This document shows, in pieces, positions 41,119-49,958 of a stretch of DNA of 64,000 bases (position 1 is its first letter; the number at the start of each line of letters is the position of its first letter). The translations under genes and the position numbers were made by a program. The notes under the pieces are model-generated. The model saw only the letters and a program-made list of their open reading frames with translations, made no database searches and was not told where the DNA came from. The DNA is from Phormidesmis sp. (GTDB taxonomy: Bacteria; Cyanobacteriota; Cyanobacteriia; Leptolyngbyales; Leptolyngbyaceae): contig CBDFJR010000002.1 in NCBI GenBank assembly GCA_965248535.1, forward strand, positions 1,888,001-1,952,000, in the 5' to 3' direction.

Positions 41119-42231
41119 TCAGTGGCTCAACACCAAATTATCTCGATGCACGATCGTCTCGGCTCCTTCATAGCCCAAGATTTTTGGGATCTCTTCGGAT
41201 TGGTGCCCTTGAATTTTTTGCAACTCTTCGCCACTGTAGTTCACCAGCCCTTTAGCGATTTCATGACCCGCCTGATCGCACAGCGTTACCGCGTCATGAC
41301 TCTCAAACTCGCCCTCGACGTGCAAAATTCCGGCGGCGAGCAGTGATTTTCCGGCCGTGCGAATGGCTTCGACGGCTCCTTCATCTAGGATGAGTTTGCC
41401 TGTCGAGACCAAGCCGTGAGCGATCCAGCGTTGCCGGGCGTTAAACGGACGCGGCTGCGGCTCAAATTGAGTGCCGATCGCGTCGCCTGCCAAAATCTTT
41501 AAGAGGTTCAGCGGCGATCGTCCCTGGGTAATCACCGTTCTCACTCCAGCACCCGTCGCGATCTGAGCCGCCGCGATTTTGGTCACCATGCCGCCTGTGC
41601 CCCAGCGAGATCCCGCGCTGCCTGTCTGCACCTGAAGATCTGCCAGGTGCTTGATGTTTTGAACTAGGGAAATCGGTTGAGCATCGGGGTTATTGCGCGG
41701 ATCGTCGGAATAGAGGCGATCGACATCGGTGAGCAAAAATAACCAATCGGCATCGACTAAACTAGCCACCAGCGCTGACAGCGTATCGTTATCACCAAAC
41801 TTGAGTTCATCCACCGCGACGGTATCGTTTTCGTTGACGATCGGGACTACTCCCAAGTGCAGCAACTCTTGAAAGGTGCGATAGACGTTGACATAGCGAC
41901 TGCGCTCAACCAAATCGCCACGGGTCAATAACACTTGCGCGATCGGCTGCTGCATGGCGGTGAAAAAGTCATCATAGATTCGCATCAGGCGGCCTTGCCC
42001 AACGGCGGCGACGGCTTGTTTAAGGGCGATCGATTTAGGGCGATCGGTCATTCCCAACCTGGCGCAGCCGACTCCGACGGCTCCTGAAGACACCAGCACG
42101 ACTTGATAGCCCTGCTGCCGCAGAGTGCTGAGAACTTCGACTAAGGCCGCGATCGTGGATAGGGCGAGTTGACCCGTCTCAGGCTGAGTCAAACTAGACG
42201 TGCCAATTTTGACTACTACTGTTTGAGCCAT
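41119..42231 (-). CDS. proB: Glutamate 5-kinase
   Basis: [33 protein letters not shown] domain. Confidence 0.97.
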   Translation of the reverse strand: MAQTVVVKIGTSSLTQPETGQLALSTIAALVEVLSTLRQQGYQVVLVSSGAVGVGCARLGMTDRPKSIALKQAVAAVGQGRLMRIYDDFFTAMQQPIAQVLLTRGDLVERSRYVNVYRTFQELLHLGVVPIVNENDTVAVDELKFGDNDTLSALVASLVDADWLFLLTDVDRLYSDDPRNNPDAQPISLVQNIKHLADLQVQTGSAGSRWGTGGMVTKIAAAQIATGAGVRTVITQGRSPLNLLKILAGDAIGTQFEPQPRPFNARQRWIAHGLVSTGKLILDEGAVEAIRTAGKSLLAAGILHVEGEFESHDAVTLCDQAGHEIAKGLVNYSGEELQKIQGHQSEEIPKILGYEGAETIVHRDNLVLSH

Positions 42232-42428
42232 AGAACATTTAAAATAATGGTTGGATGATTGAGAGCGTTAATCCCTAAAGACATAGAAAATTAGTCGTGA
42301 ATTTCGCGCTAGGATCAACCATTAATCATAGAGTGAAGATGGGTAGGATCAATCATTCTACTGAAGGTTTGATTTTGACACGATCGCGCAATGCAGGCGC
42401 AGACACTATTGAGAGCAATGCTAATGCC

Positions 42429-43001
42429 ATGACCCAAACTAAGCAACGGTTTTGCAGTTTCGAGGAGTATCTTGACTATGACGACGGGACGGATAATGTC
42501 TATGAACTGTTCAACGGAGAGTTAATTGAGGTGCCGCCAGAGTCAGGGTTTAATGTTGAGATTGCAGCTTTTCTCATGGTTCACTTTGCTGCGATCGTAG
42601 GACATCGGAGAGTCAGACCCCACGGACTAGAACTTGAAGTCAGAGGCGAACCGCGTAACCGCTTTCCAGATCTGACCCTTATTCGTGAAGAACATATTGA
42701 ACAACTGAGACGGCGCAACACGATTCGTTTGTCGATGGCTCCTCCGCTGTTGGTCATTGAAGTAGTTAGCCCTGGAGACTTGCAGCGAGACCGTGACTAT
42801 GTGGCAAAACTGGGGCAATATGCCGCGATCTCTGTCCCTGAATATTGGATCATTGACCCTGAAACTCAAGGGATATCTGTCTGCACTCTAATCGACGGAA
42901 GTTATGCAGTGCGGGAGTTTCGAGGGAATGATCGAGTTCAATCTCAGCTTGAGGTTCTTCAAGGGTTGCAGTTGACGGCTAAAGAAATATTGTCAGATTA
43001 G
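42429..43001 (+). CDS. Uma2 family endonuclease
   Basis: FEEYL, YELFNGELI, PDL, LVIEVVSP, VPEYWIIDP; ATG at 42429. Confidence 0.92.
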   Translation: MTQTKQRFCSFEEYLDYDDGTDNVYELFNGELIEVPPESGFNVEIAAFLMVHFAAIVGHRRVRPHGLELEVRGEPRNRFPDLTLIREEHIEQLRRRNTIRLSMAPPLLVIEVVSPGDLQRDRDYVAKLGQYAAISVPEYWIIDPETQGISVCTLIDGSYAVREFRGNDRVQSQLEVLQGLQLTAKEILSD

Positions 43002-43187
43002 ATCAGTTCGAGGCGATCGTGGATGGGGAGTGCAATAACTTGGGTTTCAGGTCTGATGAAAGCATGGTGCAGGTTTTAGGATGCAACAATTGATTTCAGT
43101 ATAGGCACGATCGCCCTGGTTAGATTGAGATACGATCGCTGAAGCAGAAAAGAGCGATCTCTTCTCTCAGAGTCCGGTCAGATACAA

Positions 43188-43472
43188 TCAGTAAACTTCA
43201 TCATGACTGCCAATATCGATCAAGAGGATTTCTTCTTCGTTTGTCTCTAGTTGCTTAATGAAATCGAAAACGATGCGGCAATCGTACTCTACTGTGCAAG
43301 CCCAAGAACCCACTAGTTGCCCTTTAAGCTTGTGAGTTTGGAGGGAGGGTTCAAAAGGATCACTGGACAAAAGCTGTAGGACAGATTCTACTTTTGGCTG
43401 AAGCGCAGGGCGTTTCCGAAGGAGTGCTTTGTAGGCACGCTTAAACGAGGTATCGAAGGTGATGGTTCTCAA
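43188..43472 (-). CDS. RelE/YafQ-type toxin
   Basis: SFKRAYK, LQTHKLKG, RIVF, IDIGSHDEVY. Confidence 0.88.
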   Translation of the reverse strand: MRTITFDTSFKRAYKALLRKRPALQPKVESVLQLLSSDPFEPSLQTHKLKGQLVGSWACTVEYDCRIVFDFIKQLETNEEEILLIDIGSHDEVY

Positions 43473-43681
43473 CGATTTAACTCTGCGATCGCATCTTCCA
43501 CAGAGCCTCTAAATACTGTGCCTGCTTGGTGAGAGGCTTTCGCTTGAACAATGTTGCTAGCAATTTCCGCACGGCGGTGTTCGATGAGTCGGCGCTGGAC
43601 AATTTCGAGTAGCGCCGCTTGATCGTCGATCGAGAGAGATTCGATCGCTTCTAACGCTCCGTTAAATGTGACGGTTTGCAT
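43469..43681 (-). CDS. Probable antitoxin of the RelE-type pair
   Basis: 70 aa; stop overlaps the toxin start by 4 nt. Confidence 0.75.
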   Translation of the reverse strand: MQTVTFNGALEAIESLSIDDQAALLEIVQRRLIEHRRAEIASNIVQAKASHQAGTVFRGSVEDAIAELNR

Positions 43682-43784
43682 GACGACTGGGACTCCAAGC
43701 AGGAAGGTCTATTGCTTTTATTCTATTCAATCACAAGCAATATCTTGTCTGTTTCACTCCAAGAGCGATCGCACATTCAACAAG

Positions 43785-43818
43785 AAGCGATCGCCCTTAG
43801 GAATTTGGGGGCGATCGC
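43785..43818. repeat. 34-bp double-HIP1 hairpin, copy 1
   Basis: AAGCGATCGCCCTTAGGAATTTGGGGGCGATCGC. Confidence 0.85.
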
Positions 43819-43858
43819 TGATCTCGAAATCTGTCTACGTTTAATTACGCCTGACCAC

Positions 43859-44263
43859 TTACCAAATAGTTTGGATTGCGTTGCAGGCTTGAATTTTGTG
43901 ATCGCAGGTGACTAGCGGTAGTTTGAGGGAAAGCGCGGTTGCGGCAATGATCCGATCGGGCATATCGGGAACGACTGCGCGATCGATATGAGCCAGATTT
44001 TCGCTAACCTCTAGGTCGAGGGCAACAATTTCAATACTAGGGATATCCGATTTCACAATTTTGAGAATTTGATTGAGAACACCGCTATCAATACGATTGC
44101 GTTCAGTGAGGTATTGCAGTTCAACCATAGAAATTGCGGAAAGATAGATCATTTGCCCTGATTGTGAGGTCTGATCTAGAGTCTGGATCGCCGTTTCGGA
44201 GAGTTTTTCAAGGTTGCTTAAGTACCACACGATCGCATGCGTATCGGCGATTACTGCACTCAT
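43859..44263 (-). CDS. vapC: PIN-domain (VapC) toxin
   Basis: IADTHAIVW, SAISMVE, DMPDRIIAATA, LVTCD. Confidence 0.9.
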   Translation of the reverse strand: MSAVIADTHAIVWYLSNLEKLSETAIQTLDQTSQSGQMIYLSAISMVELQYLTERNRIDSGVLNQILKIVKSDIPSIEIVALDLEVSENLAHIDRAVVPDMPDRIIAATALSLKLPLVTCDHKIQACNAIQTIW

Positions 44264-44490
44264 GGGTAGAATTCCTCGTGGGGAAAACTTGCCCAAGCTT
44301 CTTGGCGGGCTTGGGTGAAGTCTGCCAAGGTGAGATCAACGGCAGTGTTGCGGCAAAGTCCTTTGATGTTAGGGCGCGGTTGTAGACTGCTGACTTTGGT
44401 ATGGAGGAATTCCGCGAAGTTTATGAGTTCGCGCTGTTGTTCTGGGAGAAGGTCGCGCCAGTATTCAAGGAGAAGTTCTTCTTTACTCAT
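44260..44490 (-). CDS. Probable antitoxin (DUF2281-like)
   Basis: LLPEQQRELINFAEFL; ATGA overlap with vapC. Confidence 0.78.
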   Translation of the reverse strand: MSKEELLLEYWRDLLPEQQRELINFAEFLHTKVSSLQPRPNIKGLCRNTAVDLTLADFTQARQEAWASFPHEEFYP

Positions 44491-44587
44491 GGTTTGGGCG
44501 GCTTTGATCGCGCTTCAGTGGCATTATAACGCTAGCCTTGGGTCGCTCAATGCATTACGCCACGATCGCCCACTCCACAGAACCGCG

Positions 44588-44611
44588 TTGGCGTAGTCTT
44601 TCCGACTGAGC
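44588..44611. mobile_element. SDR5-like 24-nt insertion in a HIP1 site
   Basis: GCG|TTGGCGTAGTCTTTCCGACTGAGC|ATCGC. Confidence 0.65.
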
Positions 44612-44632
44612 ATCGCCCGTTACTCTATAAAA

Positions 44633-44666
44633 AAGCGATCGCTCTTAGGAATTTGGGAGCGATCGC
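44633..44666. repeat. 34-bp double-HIP1 hairpin, copy 2
   Basis: AAGCGATCGCTCTTAGGAATTTGGGAGCGATCGC; 32/34 identical to copy 1. Confidence 0.85.
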
Positions 44667-44829
44667 GGTTTGGGTGGAGAGATACGATCGCCGATTCAGC
44701 CAACCGAAAGCCCGATCGCCCGTCTCGAAAGGTGATTGGCAGCAAATAGGTGGGCGCACGATTCATAGAAATGCAATTTTACATCCCGTTCTAATTTCCT
44801 TCGACGTTGCGATAATAGAGGGAATCTAG

Positions 44830-44949
44830 TTTAAGATTCGTCCGGCAGTGATCGTGTCTGCGGATATGCTCAATCAGGTTTTGGATGATGTGATGGTGGT
44901 GCCCTGCACGTCAAATACTCGCCGCCCGATCGCATCAATGGTTGTTTAA
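44830..44949 (+). pseudogene. MazF/PemK toxin fragment
   Basis: Translates FKIRPAVIVSADMLNQVLDDVMVVPCTSNT; no start codon or antitoxin. Confidence 0.75.
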
Positions 44950-45165
44950 TCGCAGCGTTGTCACTTTAGTCTACGAGTCGAAAATTTAGGGATGAGCGAT
45001 CGGGCCTTGAAAATCTAAACGAGAGAGTAATAACCGTAGAATTATGCAGTATACATACAATTACTTAGACTATAAATATTAGATGTAAAAACTATACAAA
45101 ATTTACTTAAACATATACGGAGAGCTTTTGCTAGGGTTGCGTGGTTTGTCTACGCGCATGCCCCA

Positions 45166-46823
45166 ATGAATGAGTTGTATTACGGCGATAATCTGGATGT
45201 TTTGCGGAAGTATGTAAAAGATGAGTCGGTTGATCTTTGCTACATCGACCCGCCGTTTAACTCAAAGCGAAACTATAACCAGATCTATAACAATGTGGGT
45301 AAGGAAGATGTTGCCCAAGCTCAAGCATTCATAGACACTTGGGTTTGGGATGATCTGGCAATTAAGGGTTTTGATGAGATTGTTGAAAATCAGCGCGGGA
45401 TTTTTACACCACAAACCATTAACTTGATCTTGGGATTGCAAACAGTTTTAGGTCAAGGAAGTTTGTTAGCGTATCTGATCAGCATGACGCTAAGAGTTGC
45501 CGAAATTCATCGTGTTTTGAAACCGACAGGTAGCTTTTATTTTCACTGTGATCCAAGCTCTAGTCACTATTTGAAGTTAATTCTAGATTCTATTTTCTGC
45601 GCTCAAGGTGGAGATTTTAGTAACGAAATTATTTGGCAACGCACAACAGCTAAATCATGCAATGACTAAGCAATTGCCAAACAACCACGATGTAATTTTT
45701 TGTCTATCACAAAAGTAGAATTTACATGGAATAGTGAAGCCGCATTTCTCTCTTATGATTTAGAGAATTTGAGCAAGAAACGTCTAGCAAATATTCTATA
45801 AGCATTCTTGGGCGATTGTATCAACTAGATAATTTGACTAATCCCAATCCAGATCGCCCAAACATTAACCTACGAGGGTTTTTTTACAAGGGTATGGCGG
45901 TGGACAAAGGAACGGATGCAGACTGCATATGAAGCAAGAATTATCCAACCCCAGGCTCTGTTCCTCGCTTAAAACGTTATCTTGGATGAGCAGGGTTGCC
46001 TTTGGGCGACACCTGGACAGATATTCCACCATTAAGTTCTCAAGCAAAAGAACGCCTCGGATATCCTACACAGAAGCCTGAAGCCCTTTTAGAACGCATC
46101 ATTCAAGCTAGTAGTAACGAAGGAGATGTAATTCTTGATGCCTACTGCGGATGTGGAACAACCGTTGCTGTTGCCCAAAAACTTAACCGTAAATGGATTG
46201 GCATCGACATCACTTATCAAAGCATTAGTTTAATTCTCAAACGCCTTGAAGATAGCTGTGGTCAAGCAGCCGTCTTTAACGTCAAAATGACAGGCATTCC
46301 TAGAGATATGAAATCTGCCGAAGCCTTAGCCAACAAAAACGACGATAGAACCCGCAAAGAATTTGAAAAGTGGGCAATTCTCACCTTTTCTAACAACCGC
46401 GCCGCCATCAATCAAAAAAAAGGAGCCGACAAAGGCATCGACGGCACCGCATTTTTTATCGAGTCTGAAGGCGGACACGGGCGCATTGTTTTTCAAGTCA
46501 AATCTGGCAAAGTCGATTCTCGTGATATTCGCGATCTCCACGGCACCATGACCCGCGAAAAAGCCGCCCTTGGTGTTTTTATCACCCTCAAAAAACCCAC
46601 CAAAGATATGCTGCAAGAAGCCAAAACTTGCGGGCTTTATCATCACAAAATCATGGGATGTTCCTATGACAAAATCGCGATCGTCACCATTCAAGACATT
46701 ATCGAAGACGGTCTCCGGCTCCACGTTCCTCTCAGCATGGAAGTGCTTAAATCTGCCCAGCGCAAAACCACTGAAGACACCCAACTCCCCATCTTTTTAG
46801 AGCAGATGGATGAAGCTGTGTAG
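45166..46823 (+). pseudogene. N6/N4 DNA methyltransferase fused to an Mrr-like endonuclease domain; multiple frameshifts at ~45660-45995
   Basis: YIDPPFNS (motif IV), [19 protein letters not shown] (motif I), ADKGIDG..FQVKSG. Confidence 0.85.
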
Positions 46824-47152
46824 AATGCAACAACTGTCAACCTAGCGATCGCGATTGGTTGCATAGACTAAACTGAAGTTTGAGCATATTTACACAATTT
46901 AAATTTATAGGTGTGATGAGCTTAGTTCATGAATTTTGAATGGGACGATCGAAAAAACGAGCTTAACATTAGCAAACACGGCTTTGACTTTGCTGATGCT
47001 TATCGCATCTTTGACTTGCCAATGGTCGTTGACCTAGATGAGCGCAGCGACTATGGTGAAGACCGCTCGATCGGGACTGGACTGCTAGACGGACGGGTTG
47101 TAGTGGTTATCTACACTGAGCTGATCAAAGAACAATTCGCATTATTTCCCTA

Positions 47153-47995
47153 GAGGGTGTTATGCACTTTTGTTAAACTGGGAGCATGAGTAGAAAGCCT
47201 TACCCAACAGACGTGAGCGACGAAGAATGGGCATTTGTGGCTCCATATTTAACGTTAATGACAGAAAATGCTCCTCAACGAGACCACAGCCTGCGTGAAG
47301 TGTTCAATGGCTTACGGTACGTGGTGCGAGCGGGAGAAGCTTGGCGACTGATGCCGCATGACTTACCGCCGTGGCATACGGTCTACCAACAAACGCAACG
47401 GTGGCTCAAAGCTGGAGTCTTTGAAACGATGGTGCAGGATTTGCGCGAGACTGCGAATTTTAGCGGGACGCAACGAGCAACCGAGTGCGGTGATTCTAGA
47501 CAGTCGCACCTTGCAATCGACGGTGGAAAGTGGACATCGAGCGGGCTACGATGGCGGGAAACGCAAAAAAGGGAGCAAGGTTCACATGGCGGTGGACACG
47601 CTAGGACATTTGCTTGCCCTGCACGTCACGCCTGCGAACGAGCAAGACCGAGCGCAGGTCGCAGAACTGATGCACCAAGTGCAGCAGATGACGGGGGAAT
47701 CCGTTGAGGTCGCCTTTGTTGACCAAGGCTATACAGGAGCGCAAGCTGCCGCCGATGCTGAGGCAGAAGGCATTCGACTGGAAGTGGTGAAACTGCCGGA
47801 GGCAAAGAAATTTTGTGTTGCTGCCTCGGCGCTGGGTCGTTGAGCGCAGTTTTGGCTGGATGTCGCGGTTTCGGCGATTAGCGCGAGATTACGAGCGGCT
47901 CACAGAAACCCTAATTGGCTTTCACCTGATTGCGTTTGTAATATTGATGGTCAGGCAGTTCGTGAGTATCGGATTTAAAAGTGCATAACACCCTC
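47153..47995 (+). mobile_element. IS5-family insertion sequence, 843 bp
   Basis: Perfect 19-bp TIR GAGGGTGTTATGCACTTTT; TA duplicated at 47151-52 and 47996-97. Confidence 0.93.
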
Positions 47996-47998
47996 TAA
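47186..47998 (+). pseudogene. IS5 DDE transposase with frameshifts near 47450 and 47810
   Basis: [50 protein letters not shown] spread over shifted frames. Confidence 0.88.
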
Positions 47999-48028
47999 GA
48001 AAAGCACTCTCTCACGAAAGGAAGCGTT

Positions 48029-48310
48029 ATGAACAATCCCTCAAGAACCGACTGGTCTAGAATCGACGCAATGACCGATGACGACATTGATACATCAGAT
48101 ATTCCGCCGCTTACAGATGAGTTCTTTTCAAAAGCAACCTTGCGGATGCCTGCTTCAGCGCTAGCTACCGTCTCTATTCAGGTTGATTCTAAAACTTTAG
48201 AGTGGTTTCAGTCAAAGGGTGAAGAAGCTGAACACCATATGGCTGCTGCTCTACAAATTTATGCAGAAGCACAAAAAAACGCTGCTAGTGCGCGTCAATC
48301 AGCTCAATAG
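48029..48310 (+). CDS. brnA: BrnA antitoxin
   Basis: TDWSRIDAMTDDDIDTSDIPPL, VSIQVDSKTLEWF. Confidence 0.87.
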   Translation: MNNPSRTDWSRIDAMTDDDIDTSDIPPLTDEFFSKATLRMPASALATVSIQVDSKTLEWFQSKGEEAEHHMAAALQIYAEAQKNAASARQSAQ

Positions 48311-48417
48311 TACATCAGTTCGATGAGTTTTTGCGCTTCGTTCTCAGCGGCCTCTGCCGAACTGACGTTAATAATATGCTGGAGTGACGAACAGAGTCTT
48401 TTTTGAGATTGACTCTT

Positions 48418-49047
48418 CTAAACTCCTGCTGAAAAGATTTGTTCTGCGGTTAACGTCAACTCTGGGAAGATATCGGAAATAACCCGATCGTTCCCTCGAA
48501 ATTGCTGCACCTGATATTCTCCCTCAAGCAACTGATAAACCGAAATCGTCGGCTGTTTGGGAGAGCCAATATATCGTTTTGCGCCCAATCCTTTAAAATC
48601 GACAATCCAATACTCAGGAATGCCCATCCGTTCGTAGTCTGTCACCTTGTTTCCATAGTCGGTGCCCCAATTAGTACTCACCACTTCTACGGCTAACTTG
48701 ATCGATTCACCCCGTTCGATCGTCGATGATTTCTTCCAGCGAGGTTCATCCTGAAGTGCCGCTCGGTCTAAAACAAGCATGTCTGGTTGATAGCCACTGT
48801 CTTCACCGGGAGGCTTAACAAGGTAGGTTCTGGGAATGATGTATGGCAAATTGAGGCGATCGATTTCAAGAATCAGCTTTCGAGTGGTAAATGCAGTCAC
48901 TTCTTCGTGATCACCTGTTGGCAGCATCTCAACGATCGCTCCTCGATATAGTTCGTAGCGTCCTTCTCGATCGGGATACGACTCTACAAACTCCTCAAAA
49001 CTCATGAACTTTGGCGAAGCTTGAACCACGATGCTTGCCTCTCTCAT
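48418..49047 (-). CDS. Uma2 family endonuclease
   Basis: FEEF, YELYRGAIVEM, PDMLV, AVEVVST, IPEYWIVD. Confidence 0.92.
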   Translation of the reverse strand: MREASIVVQASPKFMSFEEFVESYPDREGRYELYRGAIVEMLPTGDHEEVTAFTTRKLILEIDRLNLPYIIPRTYLVKPPGEDSGYQPDMLVLDRAALQDEPRWKKSSTIERGESIKLAVEVVSTNWGTDYGNKVTDYERMGIPEYWIVDFKGLGAKRYIGSPKQPTISVYQLLEGEYQVQQFRGNDRVISDIFPELTLTAEQIFSAGV

Positions 49048-49230
49048 CTTTTAACTGACACTACAATAACGCAAACTGAAAAGATTTATTGATTACCGGA
49101 GTTTATGAGGTATACACAGTCAAAATTTATGATAGATTAACCTCAATTCTTCCGCTTAAACAGGTGTCCAATCTTGAGGTTAAAGGGTAAAGGTAGATCA
49201 TTGTTTAGTCCGCATGATCTGCCGAACAGA

Positions 49231-49512
49231 ATGAAGCCAAGACAATTTTGCCGCCTGTGGTTCAACGTCAGCGAAGAAGACGAGAAAGCCAGAGGCTACC
49301 GCACCCAGTGCGTAAATCTGCTTTCCCGCGTTATTGGCTTAGAGAAAGACACCATCGATCGCTGGGGTTCAGGAGTCGATTTTCCTGGGATGCCAGACCA
49401 ATATGAAAACACCCTAGGCTATGCCATGACCATTAAGCGAATGCTGGAGGAGGGCGGAAGAGGTCAGCGCGAGATCTTTCAGGCCGTTTTGCAACAGCTA
49501 GAAGATTCATAA
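49231..49512 (+). CDS. Small protein with a possible helix-turn-helix
   Basis: LLSRVIGLEKDTIDRWG resembles an XRE-type HTH; ATG at 49231. Confidence 0.6.
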   Translation: MKPRQFCRLWFNVSEEDEKARGYRTQCVNLLSRVIGLEKDTIDRWGSGVDFPGMPDQYENTLGYAMTIKRMLEEGGRGQREIFQAVLQQLEDS

Positions 49513-49631
49513 AACTTATCAAAGAATTAGTCTCCAACTTTTTACCGGAAAACCTGACTACTTTCTATTGACCCCAAGCCAGGGGTTTTTTATTGTCAGA
49601 GAGTCCAGCTATTTTTCACCGCAGCCAGACT

Positions 49632-49865
49632 ATGAGTTATCAAGACTCCCTCAGACCGTGGGTGATTTATCGTCACCTGCCCGATTTTCAGCGTCAATTA
49701 ATCGATCGCTTTCGTCGCCGCACCTACGCCGAAGACTATTTAAAAGTGATTCAGCGCCTCAGCCCCCAAGCTAAATTTGAACTGGTTTACGAAATCGACC
49801 TAAAAAGCGTTCTCGATCGTGGGCAACCCCCCGCCCCACACTGCAATCTAGAACCATTCACTTAA
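49632..49865 (+). CDS. Small cyanobacterial hypothetical protein
   Basis: MSYQDSLRPWVIYRHLP..RFRRRTYAEDYL, a pattern I recall from a cyanobacterial family. Confidence 0.65.
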   Translation: MSYQDSLRPWVIYRHLPDFQRQLIDRFRRRTYAEDYLKVIQRLSPQAKFELVYEIDLKSVLDRGQPPAPHCNLEPFT

Positions 49866-49893
49866 TCATTGTTCAATGCAGTCTTTAAACGAT

Positions 49894-49924
49894 TGACAGG
49901 GACGCTCATAGAACGTCCCTGTCA
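49894..49924. terminator. Hairpin between convergent genes
   Basis: TGACAGGGACG-N9-CGTCCCTGTCA. Confidence 0.6.
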
Positions 49925-49958
49925 GCAATCTCTATTCTGTGATTAATCTGTTAGGAGT

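Larger units (their letters stand above)
46929..48060 (+). pseudogene. brnT: BrnT toxin interrupted by IS5 (plus a 1-nt frameshift near 47121)
   Basis: MNFEWDDRKNELNISKHGFDF..YGEDR; reconstructed RIISL|RKALSHERKRYE. Confidence 0.88.

Noticed and set aside
44562..44719. CRISPR array
   Set aside because: The repeat is only the 8-bp HIP1, spacers are 14-20 nt, and there are no cas genes or leader; reported as a HIP1 array instead.
47440..47460. Programmed frameshift in the IS5 transposase
   Set aside because: No slippery A-run at the junction and a second frameshift follows; indel or sequencing error is more likely.
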